From: Balamuthia mandrillaris
Taxonomy: Eukaryota
Length of the DNA: 64,000 nucleotides
Reading direction: 5' to 3'
NCBI GenBank assembly: GCA_031835245.2
Contig: JAVKOQ020000094.1
Span: 62,001 to 126,000 of the forward strand
Shown here: positions 1-14,765 of the stretch, one piece after another
How positions within the stretch are numbered: position 1 is the stretch's first letter
How the letters are laid out: each line of letters starts with the position of its first letter
Position numbers and translations under genes: made by a program
Notes under the pieces: model-generated
Seen by the model: the letters and a program-made list of their open reading frames with translations, nothing else
What the model was told of the DNA's origin: nothing
Database searches by the model: none

Positions 1-253
1 TGTTGTTTTTGTTGTTTGTTGTTTTGTTTATATTTTTTTTTCAAAGGAAAACAACAAAACAACTTACGGGCTTTATTTTCGTTGTCCCACCACCTTAGAG
101 CATACATTATGTACAAGCATAAAGGAAGATAAGTATAGCGGCATTCTTTGTGTTACAAGAGGGGAAGAGGGCGGCAAGCACCTCTGAGGTGATAAACGGA
201 AGGAGACGAAGAAGCACGATGAAAAGGAGGAGTAAGCAGAGGTAACGGGACGG

Positions 254-1300
254 TTAAGAAAAGTAGATTTTGGAAACCCGCTCGATGGGGGCAGAGCACA
301 TGGGGCATAGCTGTAGGTATTGGGAGCAAAAGAGACAAACTGCCACATGACCACAGTTGAGAAGGACGCTATCCATCGGCCGTTCAAAGCATATCTTGCA
401 ACACTTCTCGTCGTCCAGGTCGTCTTCCCGCAGGGGCTTGGTCGGTTTGCCTTGGTGCTTTCGTGCCCTTTTATCTTTGCTCTTTTCTTTCCGCTTGTTA
501 TTCTTAGCGTTCTGGCCAACTTCCTCCGCTTCCTCTTCATCGTCATCATCAGGCTCAGGGCCAGGATCGGTCGAGGTAGGGCTGCTCTCGCTGTGAAGGA
601 TATCATCCATGGAATCGGTATAAGCGGTGCCCTCCACCTTGTACTGATCACAAAAGAAACGCTCCATGAGCTTAACGATGGTGTCGTGTTTCTCTGCCTT
701 AGCTCTGAGAAGAGGGGTGGTGCCATTGCGGTCGCGGGCGGTGAGGTCACCCTTGTGCTCCAACAGGTATTGGGTAAGAGTCTCGTTGCCTTTGGCAGCT
801 GCCCAGTGGAGAGGGCTCCATCCATCCCCATCCTGCCGCAGCACGTCTGCCCCATTGCTCAGCAACAACTCGGCCAGCTTGTCGTGGCCACATTGGATGG
901 CCTCCGTCAGCACCGTCCGCTTGCTGTTTGGGTTGAGATAGTCAGCGTCGGCTCCATACTGCAGCAACAGTTCCGCTAGCGCCTCCTGGTTGTAGAGTAC
1001 GGCTTTGTAGAGAGGAGTTTGTCCCTTGTTGTCTGGTTGGCAGTTGGGGCTCAGCTGGTGATTCAGCAGCATGCGGCACATACTTCGGTTGCACATGCTG
1101 ACCGCCAAGTTTAGAAGTGTGTTGCCCTCCGCGTCCTGCATGCTGTCCAGGTTCACCCTTTTTGCGCTAGCCTGGCCACTGGCAGTGCGCCGCTGTTGGA
1201 CCAACAACTTGCTCAGTTTCTTCTCATCGCCATGCAGTATCGCCCGGAATGCTTTCTTTGAAAACTTGGAAGTGCTGCTGCTGCTGCTCCCGTTCCCCAT
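254..1300 (-). CDS. Ankyrin-repeat + C-terminal RING (C3HC4, IAP/MDM2-type spacing) E3 ligase, probably N-myristoylated
   Basis: Single 348-aa ORF starting MGNGSSSS; ankyrin repeats (GNTLLNLA, GQTPLYKA, GWSPLHWA, GTTPLLRA); C-terminal CKICFERPMDSVLLNCGHVAVCLFC...CPMC. Confidence 0.9.
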   Translation of the reverse strand: MGNGSSSSSTSKFSKKAFRAILHGDEKKLSKLLVQQRRTASGQASAKRVNLDSMQDAEGNTLLNLAVSMCNRSMCRMLLNHQLSPNCQPDNKGQTPLYKAVLYNQEALAELLLQYGADADYLNPNSKRTVLTEAIQCGHDKLAELLLSNGADVLRQDGDGWSPLHWAAAKGNETLTQYLLEHKGDLTARDRNGTTPLLRAKAEKHDTIVKLMERFFCDQYKVEGTAYTDSMDDILHSESSPTSTDPGPEPDDDDEEEAEEVGQNAKNNKRKEKSKDKRARKHQGKPTKPLREDDLDDEKCCKICFERPMDSVLLNCGHVAVCLFCSQYLQLCPMCSAPIERVSKIYFS

Positions 1301-1482
1301 CTTCTCCTTCTGCTACTCTTTTATGCGTCCTGCTTCCTGCCACCTATATTACCACCGCTATGTAGCAGAGGCAGCGGTCGTGTGACACAACCTTCCTCCT
1401 CTTCTAGCTGTTGGGCGATACTACCAATAGCAGGCGATAAGCAGATCTGGAGGGGGCACGTGGCTGGCTCTTGTGCAAAGCA

Positions 1483-1513
<31 letters not shown>

Positions 1514-2012
1514 TCCACAGTAGTACAACTTGACTGGCCCAGCTGCTGCTGCTGCTGCTGCTGCTGCTTGCTGCTTGTGGTGGTTGTCCGGCCTCAAGCA
1601 GGTGGTTTGCAGTTGTACTTGTAGAGGAAGAGGTGTACTACCACCACACCACCCGGTTTGTCTTGACCGTCACTGCCGCCGCAGCTGGCTCAATATAACA
1701 CGCGGAGTTGGGGAGAAGGTTGTGTGCAAATAAACGTCTGTTGGGAGACCTTGCACTGCTTGCCACGCCGAATATGCTGTATGCGCTGCTCACGTAAATA
1801 GATCTTCCTGGTCAAGGAGGGGGAGTCTGATGAGCTGAGCCACCACAAGCAACGATGGTTCAGTTCTTCTTCTTCCGCCAGAAAAACCAAAAATACATTT
1901 AATGTCGACATGTTATTTTTGGTGTCTGGGCTGCCCTCCTCTCTCTGCCGTGCAGCTTCTTTTCTTGTTTGTTTGTTTTTTTTTCATTTTAAATAGATAT
2001 TAATCAGTAGGA

Positions 2013-5000
2013 TTAATAAAATACTTCGCTCTTTACAGCCATCAACTTGGTACCATCACCGACAGTAGGGGTCATGGACTCATACTCCAGAAAGAAGAGG
2101 GGGAAGTTGATGAGGTGGCCACGTATTTGCTTCAGCTCTTTGGCAACATCCTCGAGGGGCTTGCAACCTTCTGCTCTCAGCTTCCGCCACTGCTCCAAAG
2201 TCTTGGTGGTATCTCCTGGGTTATACGGAAACACTACATCGTACAGCACAGTATTGACGGAGGAGACCTCTTGCCAAAATTGAAGGCCCTCTCCAGGATC
2301 CTCTATCAAATGAAGGGCTTCCAATTCACTGGGGGTGCTGCATTCAATCAGTCCTAGATGCTCTCGCCACAGAGACATCCGCAGAGAATGACAGAAGCGG
2401 CCCACCATGAACGGCTTCTTATGCATGGAACCGTGCTCTAACTCGGTATCTGTGATTTTAACGGCTATCTCGCTGTCGTTGGTACCCATCATACTGTCCA
2501 AATAGAGCATCGAATTCCAAGGTAAGGCTTTTTTTTCTTTATCAGACAAATGAGCCAAAGCAACACTCAACTAACCTTCTGTCATTTATGTTGGCAGAGC
2601 CAATGATGGCGTATTTGTCATCCACAATCATAGTCTTGGTATGGACATAGACCTGGTGGGTTACTGCTCCATTCAACAATTCTCCATGGTTCCGCAGTGC
2701 ATGGAAAGATATATATTGACGCACAGCCCCCGCTGTTACTGTGTAGCCCAAAAGGTAAAAGGAAAATCTGTTAGCACAAACGCAAACATATAATTTTCAT
2801 AGCGAAAGTATACGAACAGCCATAGTTATCTTGCAAAAACCCTAAGATGGAATCAGGGCCACGAACAATGGTATCAAATTGTCTGCATAGACATGGACAG
2901 TGAGAAAAAAACAGAAAACAAGGGAGGGAGAAATCGAGAGTACTATACAGTTTCATGATGAAACGAGTCTCCATGGTTTCAAAGCTTGCATCAGGGTGGA
3001 CAGGTAATACCACAACCACATGAAAAGGTTTTTCCTCTTCTATAGCCCGCACAACACGCCGCAGTAAGGCAGAAGCTATAGCATTGGAAGGTCCTTTAGC
3101 CGTATCTGAGATGAAGTACTGATTCTCTATGTAAATAAAGTGCTCCGCCCGAGTTATCAAGTCTACATAGGCATTTTGAATTGAGGATTCCACGCGATGC
3201 CCTCCTGACCATGGGCTTATGGACCGCAGAATTTGTGCATGACCTTTTTTGAACACAGACACCATCTATTGGCAACAAGCAAGCAAGCAAACAAACAAGG
3301 GATACGTACAAGAGATAGGCGGTGATTCTTGGGAGAAAGGAAGCTTGGGTCTGCGTATTTTCTTTGCAACCTTATCTCGTTCTATCCTTGCCCCATCAGA
3401 AATGTGCAATGTTTTTTTGATTTTGTCCCTAAAGCCTTCTTCCTCGCTACTGTCGTCCTCAGAAGCAGCTGCATCACTCATCTTACTTCCCTCCTTTGCA
3501 TCATCGCTGTGATGATGCCGTATGTCCTTAATTCGTTTTCTCATCTGTTCCTTGTCTAACTTCCATTTCTTTTTCTTTTGAGGTTCTTTCTCTCCTGACG
3601 AAGTAAATTCAGGCGTTGCCATGAACGCTCCTTTCTCCTCTTCTCCGTTCGTTTGGCTCTGATCCTCCTCTGCGCCAATTACGGTACTATCTTGTGGGGT
3701 AATAAGAGGGGATTGCGATGGCTCAAGACCATCCTTGTCCTTTTTTTTCCGTTTCCAAGGGCGACGCTTTTCCACGGAGTCCTTTCCTGGCTGCAACGAT
3801 TCGTCAGCTTGGATAGTTGGCGCTCGGTGTTCCACAGATTGTCCGTCACTGGAAGCTGTCTCAGCTGCTTGTTCACTTTCTATTTCCCTTCCATGCTCTT
3901 TGGACGAAGGAGCGGCATCATCTCCTGGCTCTAATGCTGTCTCGGTCTTGTCTTTTTTCGTACTTATCTTTGGCTTCCACCGCCGAGCTGGCTTTTCTTC
4001 TGTGGAGGGCGTATCTTTTTCTTTTTGTTCCCGCACCCATTCCTTTTGCTGCTTTCTTATCTTCTTCTTTAATTCACGGTCTTCTTTCTGCTTTTCTGTC
4101 TTGAATTTGATCTTCTCAAGGAACGTCATCTCTTCCTTTGGGGGTGTTGCTTTAGAAGTAACCTGCAACAAATTGCCATCGACATCGCGGAAAGGATTGG
4201 GAATAGGTAGAATGAATCCAATGTCGAAAGCTTGCAGCTTCTTCTTCGAATAAGCAGCCCGATGGTGGTTCCATCTCTGAATGAAGTTGTGCGCCACGTC
4301 AATAGCAGCCTCCCCACCTATTTTTATTGCGAAGAAAAACAAATAAGCAAAGAAAGATTGAGCGATAAAATATCAGAGGAACAGTACTGATGGACATGTG
4401 GATATCGTGCCAAGGCATTCGTGGAATGGTGTCTCGATCAAGCGTATTGACATAAGGCTGCTTGAAAGTTGTGGCTTCCTCGGCAGGATTGTGATAGTCC
4501 TTTCCAGGCCAGCGATATGCAAGATGGCAGTCATCTGTCACAGAATGATTGTGTTCGTCCCATCGCCCAAAACAGAGATCAAGGCCTCCCAGAAAGGCTT
4601 TGATACGATCAGTGCCGTAGTCCACAACGAGGCTTTTTTGGTGGTGGCTCCAGGAATTTGGAGGTATTGGGCCTTTATACATTGGATGTGTCAGAACTTT
4701 GATGTTAGGATGAAGCCGCATGAGCCTCTTTTTGGTGGAAATGCTGCCTAATTCCATTACTATCTCAGGCTCTCTCCATAACAGAATGAAAAATTTGATC
4801 CCTTGTCTAGCTTTTGTGAGCATGAGTCGGTCCAAGCGATCATCTGCACTCACGGGAGGGTCTCGCTGCATATAGATATCAGGCACCATCCACCAGTCCG
4901 TAATAAATACTCGTTCCTGCGCTCCTTCTATCGCCCGCTTGATGGCAAGGAATGTCGCTTTGCCGTCTACATACCACTCAGCCAAACTGTCGCTGCGCGG

Positions 5001-8000
5001 TGCAGCAAACGAGTTGTACTTATTGCCTATTGAGCTTGCATTAGCACTGAATCGAAAAGTATAAACACAAACAATAAAACAAAATAACATACGAGGATTG
5101 GCCCAATAGCGAAGAGCGGCTGCCCATTTAGTGGACTTCATCAGGCTGGAGGTGCAAAACTCAAGCGTGAAGGTGGGACTGTCCAACAGGAACGCTTTCT
5201 CGTTTTTGATAATCCTTTCTACAGTAGTTCCTTCCAATGCTATTACCTACCAAGAATCTGTAAATAAATACATGATCAAAAGGGTAGAAATTGGCAAGCC
5301 AGCCCAAAGCCCATTGTATAGTACCTCTTTCACCGTTCTTGTGGGCGGAGAGTTGGATTCATCATCCTCATCATCGCTTGAACGTTTTTTCCTCGGAGTG
5401 TTATGGCGAGGCTCATCATAGATGACGATAAAGCCCTCTAAAACTTCAGCATACTTTTCAACATAGCTACCATTTTCCTTGAGCAGAAGGTTGCCTTTCT
5501 TGTTTTGTACGTAGATGAGGGGTTCGTAGCCGATGCTCACTGAGAATGGGGAGAGGTCCTTTTGAACCAGTTCTTTGCTGGATAAGCTATTGAGAGAAGG
5601 ATTCATAAGGGAAGAGGGGCCGATGACGTCTTCTTGCTCCAAAAGTTTCTGTACACTTGGTGGAATGGTTCGTCCAGGACCAAACAGCTGCTGAGAGGCC
5701 GCCGTTATGGTTGACTCTTTGCCACCGCGAGGGGACTTGGGAGCGGTTGAGCCAAGGCTGCTAGGAATAAGGCTTTGGTTGGAGAAGGAAGCACTATGGC
5801 CCCTGGTCATCTGCCCATTAGTTGATGCTTGTGCAGCTGATAGGTCCTCGCCAGCAGCGGCTATCATCGAGATGTGGTTCTTCCACACAAGTTTGAGGTG
5901 CTCAAGGGAATTCTTCGCTTTGTACGGCTTTTGCAAAAAGGCCTTTTCCATTTTGAGTTGTTTGTGCAGTTCCTCGAAGCTATTGTAGATGCGAGAATTG
6001 TACTTGAAGCGCAAGGTTCGGCGGCCGGTAGGGTTAGCATAGTGGTGATTGCTGATAAGGTTGAGAAGCTTTTGGTTTGCTGTTAATGCGGGTGCAACCA
6101 AAGCACTTTTGGATTCTTCATCTATCTCTCTGGTAAAGCGAACGTTGGTGATATGAGTTGTAAGCCGGGTTTTCTTTCCCTCCTTTTTCTCTTCGACTTT
6201 GGCAATCCACGATACAGCAAATTCTCCTGGTCGTGAACTGAACCGAAACAAGAACGTTCCTCGTTTGTGGCCCGATAGCAGAAGCTTTGCCTCTTCCTGT
6301 GACTTGATGACTTGGAAAAATCTTTGAAATCAACCAGTGCTGAGTTAGCAAGGATCAAATAACGGTAGTGGTGTTGGTGGACGTACGGGTGTCCCATGAT
6401 GCTGAACACCTATGTTGGCAATTATTCCACAACATCAGCGGTTCGTAGCAAAGAGGTTAGTTTCGTGGACGAGGTGAGACGGAATTCCGAGTGAAATACT
6501 TACGTCTCGCATAATATCTGGGTCACGAGGCGGAGACATTGGAAACCATTTTAAGAATTGCAGGTATTTCAACAGATAAACACTGCCCACTAGCTCTGAT
6601 TTGATAAGCACAACGTTTTCAAAGTCTTTTAGATTTCGCTTGTGTTTAAAACGCTTCTCGAGTTCTTTTGGCGGCAGGCTCAGTGTCCCTTTCAAGTCCC
6701 ATTCCGCTGGAATATGAGGTTTTAAAGGATGAAAACTGTGAGCATAAAAGACAGCAAGTCTAAAAAGAAAACACAAAACAAAACAAAAGAAATGATAGTA
6801 ACACAAATACAATCAACCCAGTGCTGATAAGTACCTAATAATTCGTGCATCATCATCAATGCAAGAATGTTAGACAACTTAGGATCGCCCTTCTCTGGGG
6901 GTATCTGGTGGGGTTTCAAAGGCGGTTCTCCTAAATGTTGAACGTAGAAGGCTTGGTAGAAGCTGTCCCACTCAACTATAAAAGGCATCCCACTTTCATC
7001 ATCCAGATACTGATCTGAGTCGTGTTTTCGCTTCCTTTCTGACTTGTGGTGAGATGAATGCCTCTTTTTTGTCTTTTGCTTCTTCGACTCTTTGCTCCTT
7101 TTCTTTGTGTTGTGCTTGGTCTTGCTTTTGTTCTTACTTGCGCGTTCTTCCTCGCCCTTTGCATCATTCCCGTTTGTTGAATCTGCGTGTTTACCTTCTG
7201 TATCAGCTTTCGTACTCTTGCGCTTTTTTCGTTTCTTTATTTTGCTCTCCTCTGTTGTCGTAGTTGATCTACCGTTAGCAAACTTGGCAGTTTGAACTTG
7301 TAAGGCGTCCATCCAAACACTTTTGGCATATTTGTCTTGAATGAGAATCTGTGGGAGAAGCTCGTTTAAGGATTTGCATATCCTTCCGAAGGAAGGCCGC
7401 AACTCACTTCGCTGTTGCAAGCACTCACGAACAAGGTCTAGAAGTAGACGCTTGGCTTCCGGGTTGCCTTCTTCTTCCTCTTCACCCTTCAGCATTGTAT
7501 CAGCGGTAAAATCCTGAGGCAGCTCGTAGGCCAGACCACGTTGCTGGTAGGTGCGTTTGAAGTCCTCCTTCGTTCCTTTGAAAAGGTCTTTCACCCGGAC
7601 GCCAGCTAGCAGCTCAAACAAAAGTACACCGAAGGAATACACGTCTGCTTTTTGATACCGCTCTTCTGTGTCTTGCTCGTCCTTCTTGCTGCTAGTTTCC
7701 TTACCATCATTTTCACTCTCACTTGACCTGTTGTCCGAACTACGATTCAAAGTTCCACTGCCGATCATACCATTGTCATCCAACTCGGGAGCCATGTGAT
7801 ACGGGTCCTGCTCGATGGGAAGCATCCGGGCAATGGCATAGTTGCAAATTTTGAACTGCTTCGTTTCTTGGTTGACCTAATCGGTCAGTAGAGTGGGGCA
7901 GAGGAGGGATGGAATACATCAGGATTAGCTACCTAGTGGGTGATGAACTAGCAACAGACCCAACAAAAAAAACAAACAAAAACAAAATAAAATACAGACA

Positions 8001-8453
8001 CTTACGCACCATGAAGTTTTCAAGGCTGAGGTCTCCATGACAAAGGCCGTTACGATGAAGGGCATTCATGCCATTGGCACAGGCACTTGCCATCTGCATT
8101 CGTACCAACAGCGGCAGCTCTGAGTCAGACTTGAGCAACGAGTCTGTGTCCACCATATCCGTTAGATGCTCGTTAAGCAACAAAACCTCAAAGGAATCGT
8201 AGGTTCTGGTCCTTGTACTTGGTGAGGGGGCCAACGTTGAGACAGCAAAAGAGGAGGAGGGAGTGGGGCAGGAAGGAGTCTCTCCTCCTGCAATAGCAGC
8301 TGCAGTGGCACCAGAAACAGCTTCGGCAGGCGTTGCTGAAACTCCTGCTTCTCCTCCTGCAGTGGTACGTGGAGTCAGCTGAAGCAGTTCTTCCTCCGGT
8401 TGACTAATCACTATTCCCTCAATGGCCACTAGGTGAGCGTGGCGTATGGTCCT

Positions 8454-8493
<40 letters not shown>

Positions 8494-8930
8494 GAAGTGA
8501 GGACATAGTAAGCGTGCATGTTGTTCTCAGCAAGCAAATGTAGTAGGACAAGGAGGCCTTTTACGAACTTTAAACGGGAGATCATATGCTTGGCACGTTC
8601 AGCACGCTCCTCAGTAATCCTGAGAACTTTGACAGAGACGGTGGTGTCATTCCAACGGGCGACCCTTCGAGAGGTGACCGACAGTCCTCCTGCTATGCTT
8701 TGGCGAAGGGCTTCCCCATGCTGTTGGGAAGAGAGAAGGAGGCTCTTCTTTTGCTTGCGCGCCGCAGCCGGTGGCGAGTTTAGCTGCGTTGTGAACTCAA
8801 CAGCCTCTTCCAGAGCCCACAGCTCCTCTGGCACGAACGGTGGTCTTTCTTCGCGTTGTAGCAGCTCCTCCAGCAGCGGCCACGACACTTCTCCTTGCGG
8901 AGGGAGGTCCTTGGCCCGCACTGAAAACAT
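2013..8930 (-). CDS. Multi-exon fusion protein: TKL-type (pseudo)kinase - SH2 - PH - phospholipase D (PLD1/2-like, two HKD motifs)
   Basis: Kinase motifs VSVK, HGDLSLEN, APE, KADVYSFGVLLFEL, RPSF (about 7360-8690). SH2 FFQVIKSQEEAKLLLSGHKRGTFLFRFSSRPGEFAVSW (about 5950-6325). PH-like KKGNLLLK...KWAAALR (about 5100-5510). PLD WYVDG, HHQKSLVVD, MPWHD, IYIENQYFIS, HTKTMIVDD, GSANINDRS. Phase-compatible GT-AG introns join the domains. Confidence 0.8.
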
Positions 8931-9197
8931 CTCTGCTGGGTGTGGTTGGGAGCAAGCAAACCAACCAAGCCTGCCCTGCCCTGCCTGCCACTTGTGAGTA
9001 TGCACACTGAGCCACTTGCTGCTGCTGCTGCTGTTGGCTCTATTTTTTAATGCATTTATTTATTTATTGAATGATTTAAAATCGGTTTTTATTAATAAAA
9101 AATTTAATTATTTTGTGGGGCTGTTCTGTTGCTGTTCTGGCGGTCGACTTGGCCACCACAACGAGCACACCTCTTTTCTGGTCCTGCAGTAGTGTGA

Positions 9198-11643
<2,446 letters not shown>

Positions 11644-11977
11644 TATTTTTTGTTTCTTTCTTGCTGCTGCTGCTGCTGCTTGGCCTCTGTTTGGTGAGGC
11701 GTGCCAGCAATCAACAGCAACTTGCGCCGAGGTTCATGTCGTCGCGGGATGCCTGAGGGGTTGGTCAAGAACAAAAACAAACCAAAAATTCTGGAGCCGC
11801 GAGTAAGCAAGCAAGTAGCAGTCGAGGGAAAAGTAAGAAGAGAGAATAGGTGGCTGCTGCTGGTGCTGGTGGTTGTTGCTCGTTCCACAACAAATCTGTG
11901 GAACTACTTGTCGCTTTTTTTGCCGCCCCTTGTTCCTTGTCTGCTTCTAGCGACTACACAACGTTTTACTGTTCATC

Positions 11978-12790
11978 ATGCTCAAATCATTTTTCGACTC
12001 GGTGTTGGAGTGGTTCCGTAGTCTCTTCTGGAAGCAAGAGATGGAACTGACTCTGGTGGGTTTGCAGAACTCTGGCAAAACCACGTTGGTCAACGTCATC
12101 GCCGTACGTGTTTTTTCTGCACCCATTTATTTTGTTTTTTTTTTGTTTTTTTTTTTTTTGCGTCGCTTCTCTCTTGTCTCACTGGTTTGTTTCTGCCCCC
12201 CGCAGAGCGGTCAATTCAAGGAAGACATGATCCCCACCGTTGGCTTCAATATGAAAAAAGTAACCAAAGGAAATGTTACCATAAAGTTGTGGGATATTGG
12301 GGGTCAACCTCGTTTCCGAAGCATGTGGGAGCGATACTGTCGAGGTGTTAATGCTATCGTGTATGTACCCTTGCTAACCACCACCTCTTCAAGAAGTCTC
12401 ACTTCTCGCCATCTTATCTTCTTACCGACCTGCTTTTGCAAATGAATAGTTTCGTCGTTGACTCGGCTGACCACGAGAAGTTTGAAACCGCAAAGAAAGA
12501 GTTGAACGACCTTATGGCCAAACCACCTCTTGCTAACATACCATTGCTCGTACTGGCCAACAAGAACGACCTCTCCGAAGCTGTTGGTGTGCATGATATC
12601 ATCGAGAATTTGTACGTCTCACCCCTTCCTTCGTTCTTCTTCGTCTTCTTCTTCTTGTTCTTCTTCGTTCTTCTTGTTCTTCTTCTTGTTCTTCTTCTTC
12701 GTTCTTCTTCTTTCTTCTTTCTTCTTTCTTCTTCTTCTTCTTCTTTCTTCTTCTTCTTCTTCTTCTTCTTCTTCTTCTTCTTCTTCTTCT

Positions 12791-12837
<47 letters not shown>

Positions 12838-13015
12838 AGCTGATGAAACTGGGTAATGTATTCATACTAAATTTCGTGGATGTGTGTAATGCAACAGGGA
12901 CTTGGAGTCCATTACAGGGCGTGAGGTGTGTTGCTATTCTATTTCTGCCAAGAACAATGTTAACATTGACAAGACGTTGGAATGGCTTTGCAAGCACTCC
13001 AAATCTGCCAGCTAA
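11978..13015 (+). CDS. ARL8: ADP-ribosylation factor-like GTPase ARL8, multi-exon
   Basis: [58 protein letters not shown]. Confidence 0.96.
12628..12838 (+). repeat. Long (TTC)n microsatellite, partly degenerate, in an ARL8 intron
   Basis: About 210 bp of TTC-derived repeats. Confidence 0.95.
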
Positions 13016-13188
13016 ATTCTTTGCTGTTGTAACACAATTAATCTTGCCTTTCTTTACGTTATGCTGGCTTCTTTTCTTTGTTTGTTTCAAAGCGTTCACA
13101 ACATGAAGAAAAGAATATTTATAAGTGAAAAGCTATGCACAAAGGAAAAACCCGATCGAGTCACCGTGAACTACTTGAGAGGCTTGTC

Positions 13189-14059
13189 TCACGAAGGGAA
13201 GAAACCATCTTCCTCCTCCTCGGAAAGATCGCTATAAGAGCTAAGGTCGCTTGCATCCTCTTCCTCTTTGGTGGGATTGCTGTCCTCCATGGCATACCTC
13301 TGTACATAGTCCTTTACAGTGGCCTTGTATCGCTCAGCGTCCTTCAACAAAAGCGCAGCAGCCTCGCCATTCAAAGGATCGGTGGGATTAGGATAGAGTA
13401 ACAACTGTGGAAGAAATACTTCAAAAATGTTGATCAAATCTAAGAAATGAGAGAGAGAAGGCCGATGAGTCTTGTTACATTTCCTTTGGTGCAGAAGAAG
13501 AAAGGCTCAAAGAAAAACTAACCAAACATAGGGCTCCATGTCTGGTTGATAACATCTAGACATACCGAGCCGGACCTACACGTGAAATGGTGTGAACACT
13601 CTAGAGAACATGTGCATAGCATAATGTCAACAACACTTACGCTTCGTCCACATTTGGGTGGAATATCTTGTTCTCAAAGCCAATCGACGGTGACTTGTAG
13701 GGATAGGCTTGTGGAAGTTCCACCCGCACGCGCCAGGTTCCGCCTTCGTAGGGACCTGCACCACATAGTAAAGCAGGAAGGGGAGAGGAGAGCGAGAGGA
13801 GAGCGAGAGGAGAGCGAGAGGAGAGTAAGAAAGGAAAAGACCAGCAAAGAAACCATTAGGGAGGGGCAGTACGCACTGTCGGCAGGACCGCGGAACCTGA
13901 CCGAGAATTCAGTCATAGAGTCTCCTGGCATAGTTACCTCATAGCTGCTCATCATACTGTAGAATAGCCCGAAGTTAGCGGAAGGCAAGAATAAGGAAGG
14001 CAAAAGAGTCCATACAGTTTCATAACGTCCGTCTCCTTCCTTCGATTTGGGGAAGACAT
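13189..14059 (-). CDS. UBE2H: Ubiquitin-conjugating enzyme E2 H (Ubc8-like), multi-exon
   Basis: [67 protein letters not shown], acidic tail. Confidence 0.93.
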
Positions 14060-14161
14060 GGTGTGGATTGTCCTACAAATAGCCACAATGTTAGTCACTC
14101 TATTGGAGGTTTTATTGAAGATAATGAACGTAAGGAGAGAGGAAGAGAGAGAGAGGGAGAA

Positions 14162-14196
<35 letters not shown>

Positions 14197-14765
14197 AGGG
14201 TCAAGAGCGAAGAAGATTCGGGGAATTGGAAGATGGAAGAGATTTTGGGGCAGAGAAAGGAGAAGAAGCACTACCGAATGAAGAGGCAATTGGACCTCTT
14301 AGTGCTCAGCAGGCGGTACGAGTTGGGAGCTTTGGTGTCAGGGGGAGTTTACTGCTTCTCTCTCTTGCTGCTTCTGTTGTGTTTGCTCTCGGAGCTACAA
14401 AAGAAAAGGGGGGGGGGGGGGGGAGGGGGGGGGCACTCCTCCTTCAGGCCCGTGCTGCTGCCCCCCTAAATTTCTTTCCCGAAATTTCCGATTACCCGCC
14501 CCCAATTTCCGGCGACAACCACCCCTCAACCCTACAGCGCTGAACGGGCGAACGAGAGAGCTTTATTAGGCAGTGGCAGGGTGCTGGGCGCGGAGCTACC
14601 CTTAAAGAGTTTGTTCAGTATGTACAGCTTTCTCTTGCTTCATTTTGGCTGCACCCCCTTCATTCGTGGAGGCTCAACGCCAAATGAAAAACAAATGGAT
14701 ATATACAGCCTGCTCCTTTGGCACTAAGAACGGAAGTAGCCGACGTCATGTTGTTGGCAGTCAAG

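Noticed and set aside
73..979. Long alternative-frame and antisense ORFs over the ankyrin-RING gene
   Set aside because: No motifs; shadows of the real CDS
12436..12856. Poly-Phe and poly-Ser ORFs
   Set aside because: Translations of the intronic TTC microsatellite
14400..14470. G-tract upstream of UBE2H as a G-quadruplex
   Set aside because: Homopolymer tracts are common here and no further support is visible
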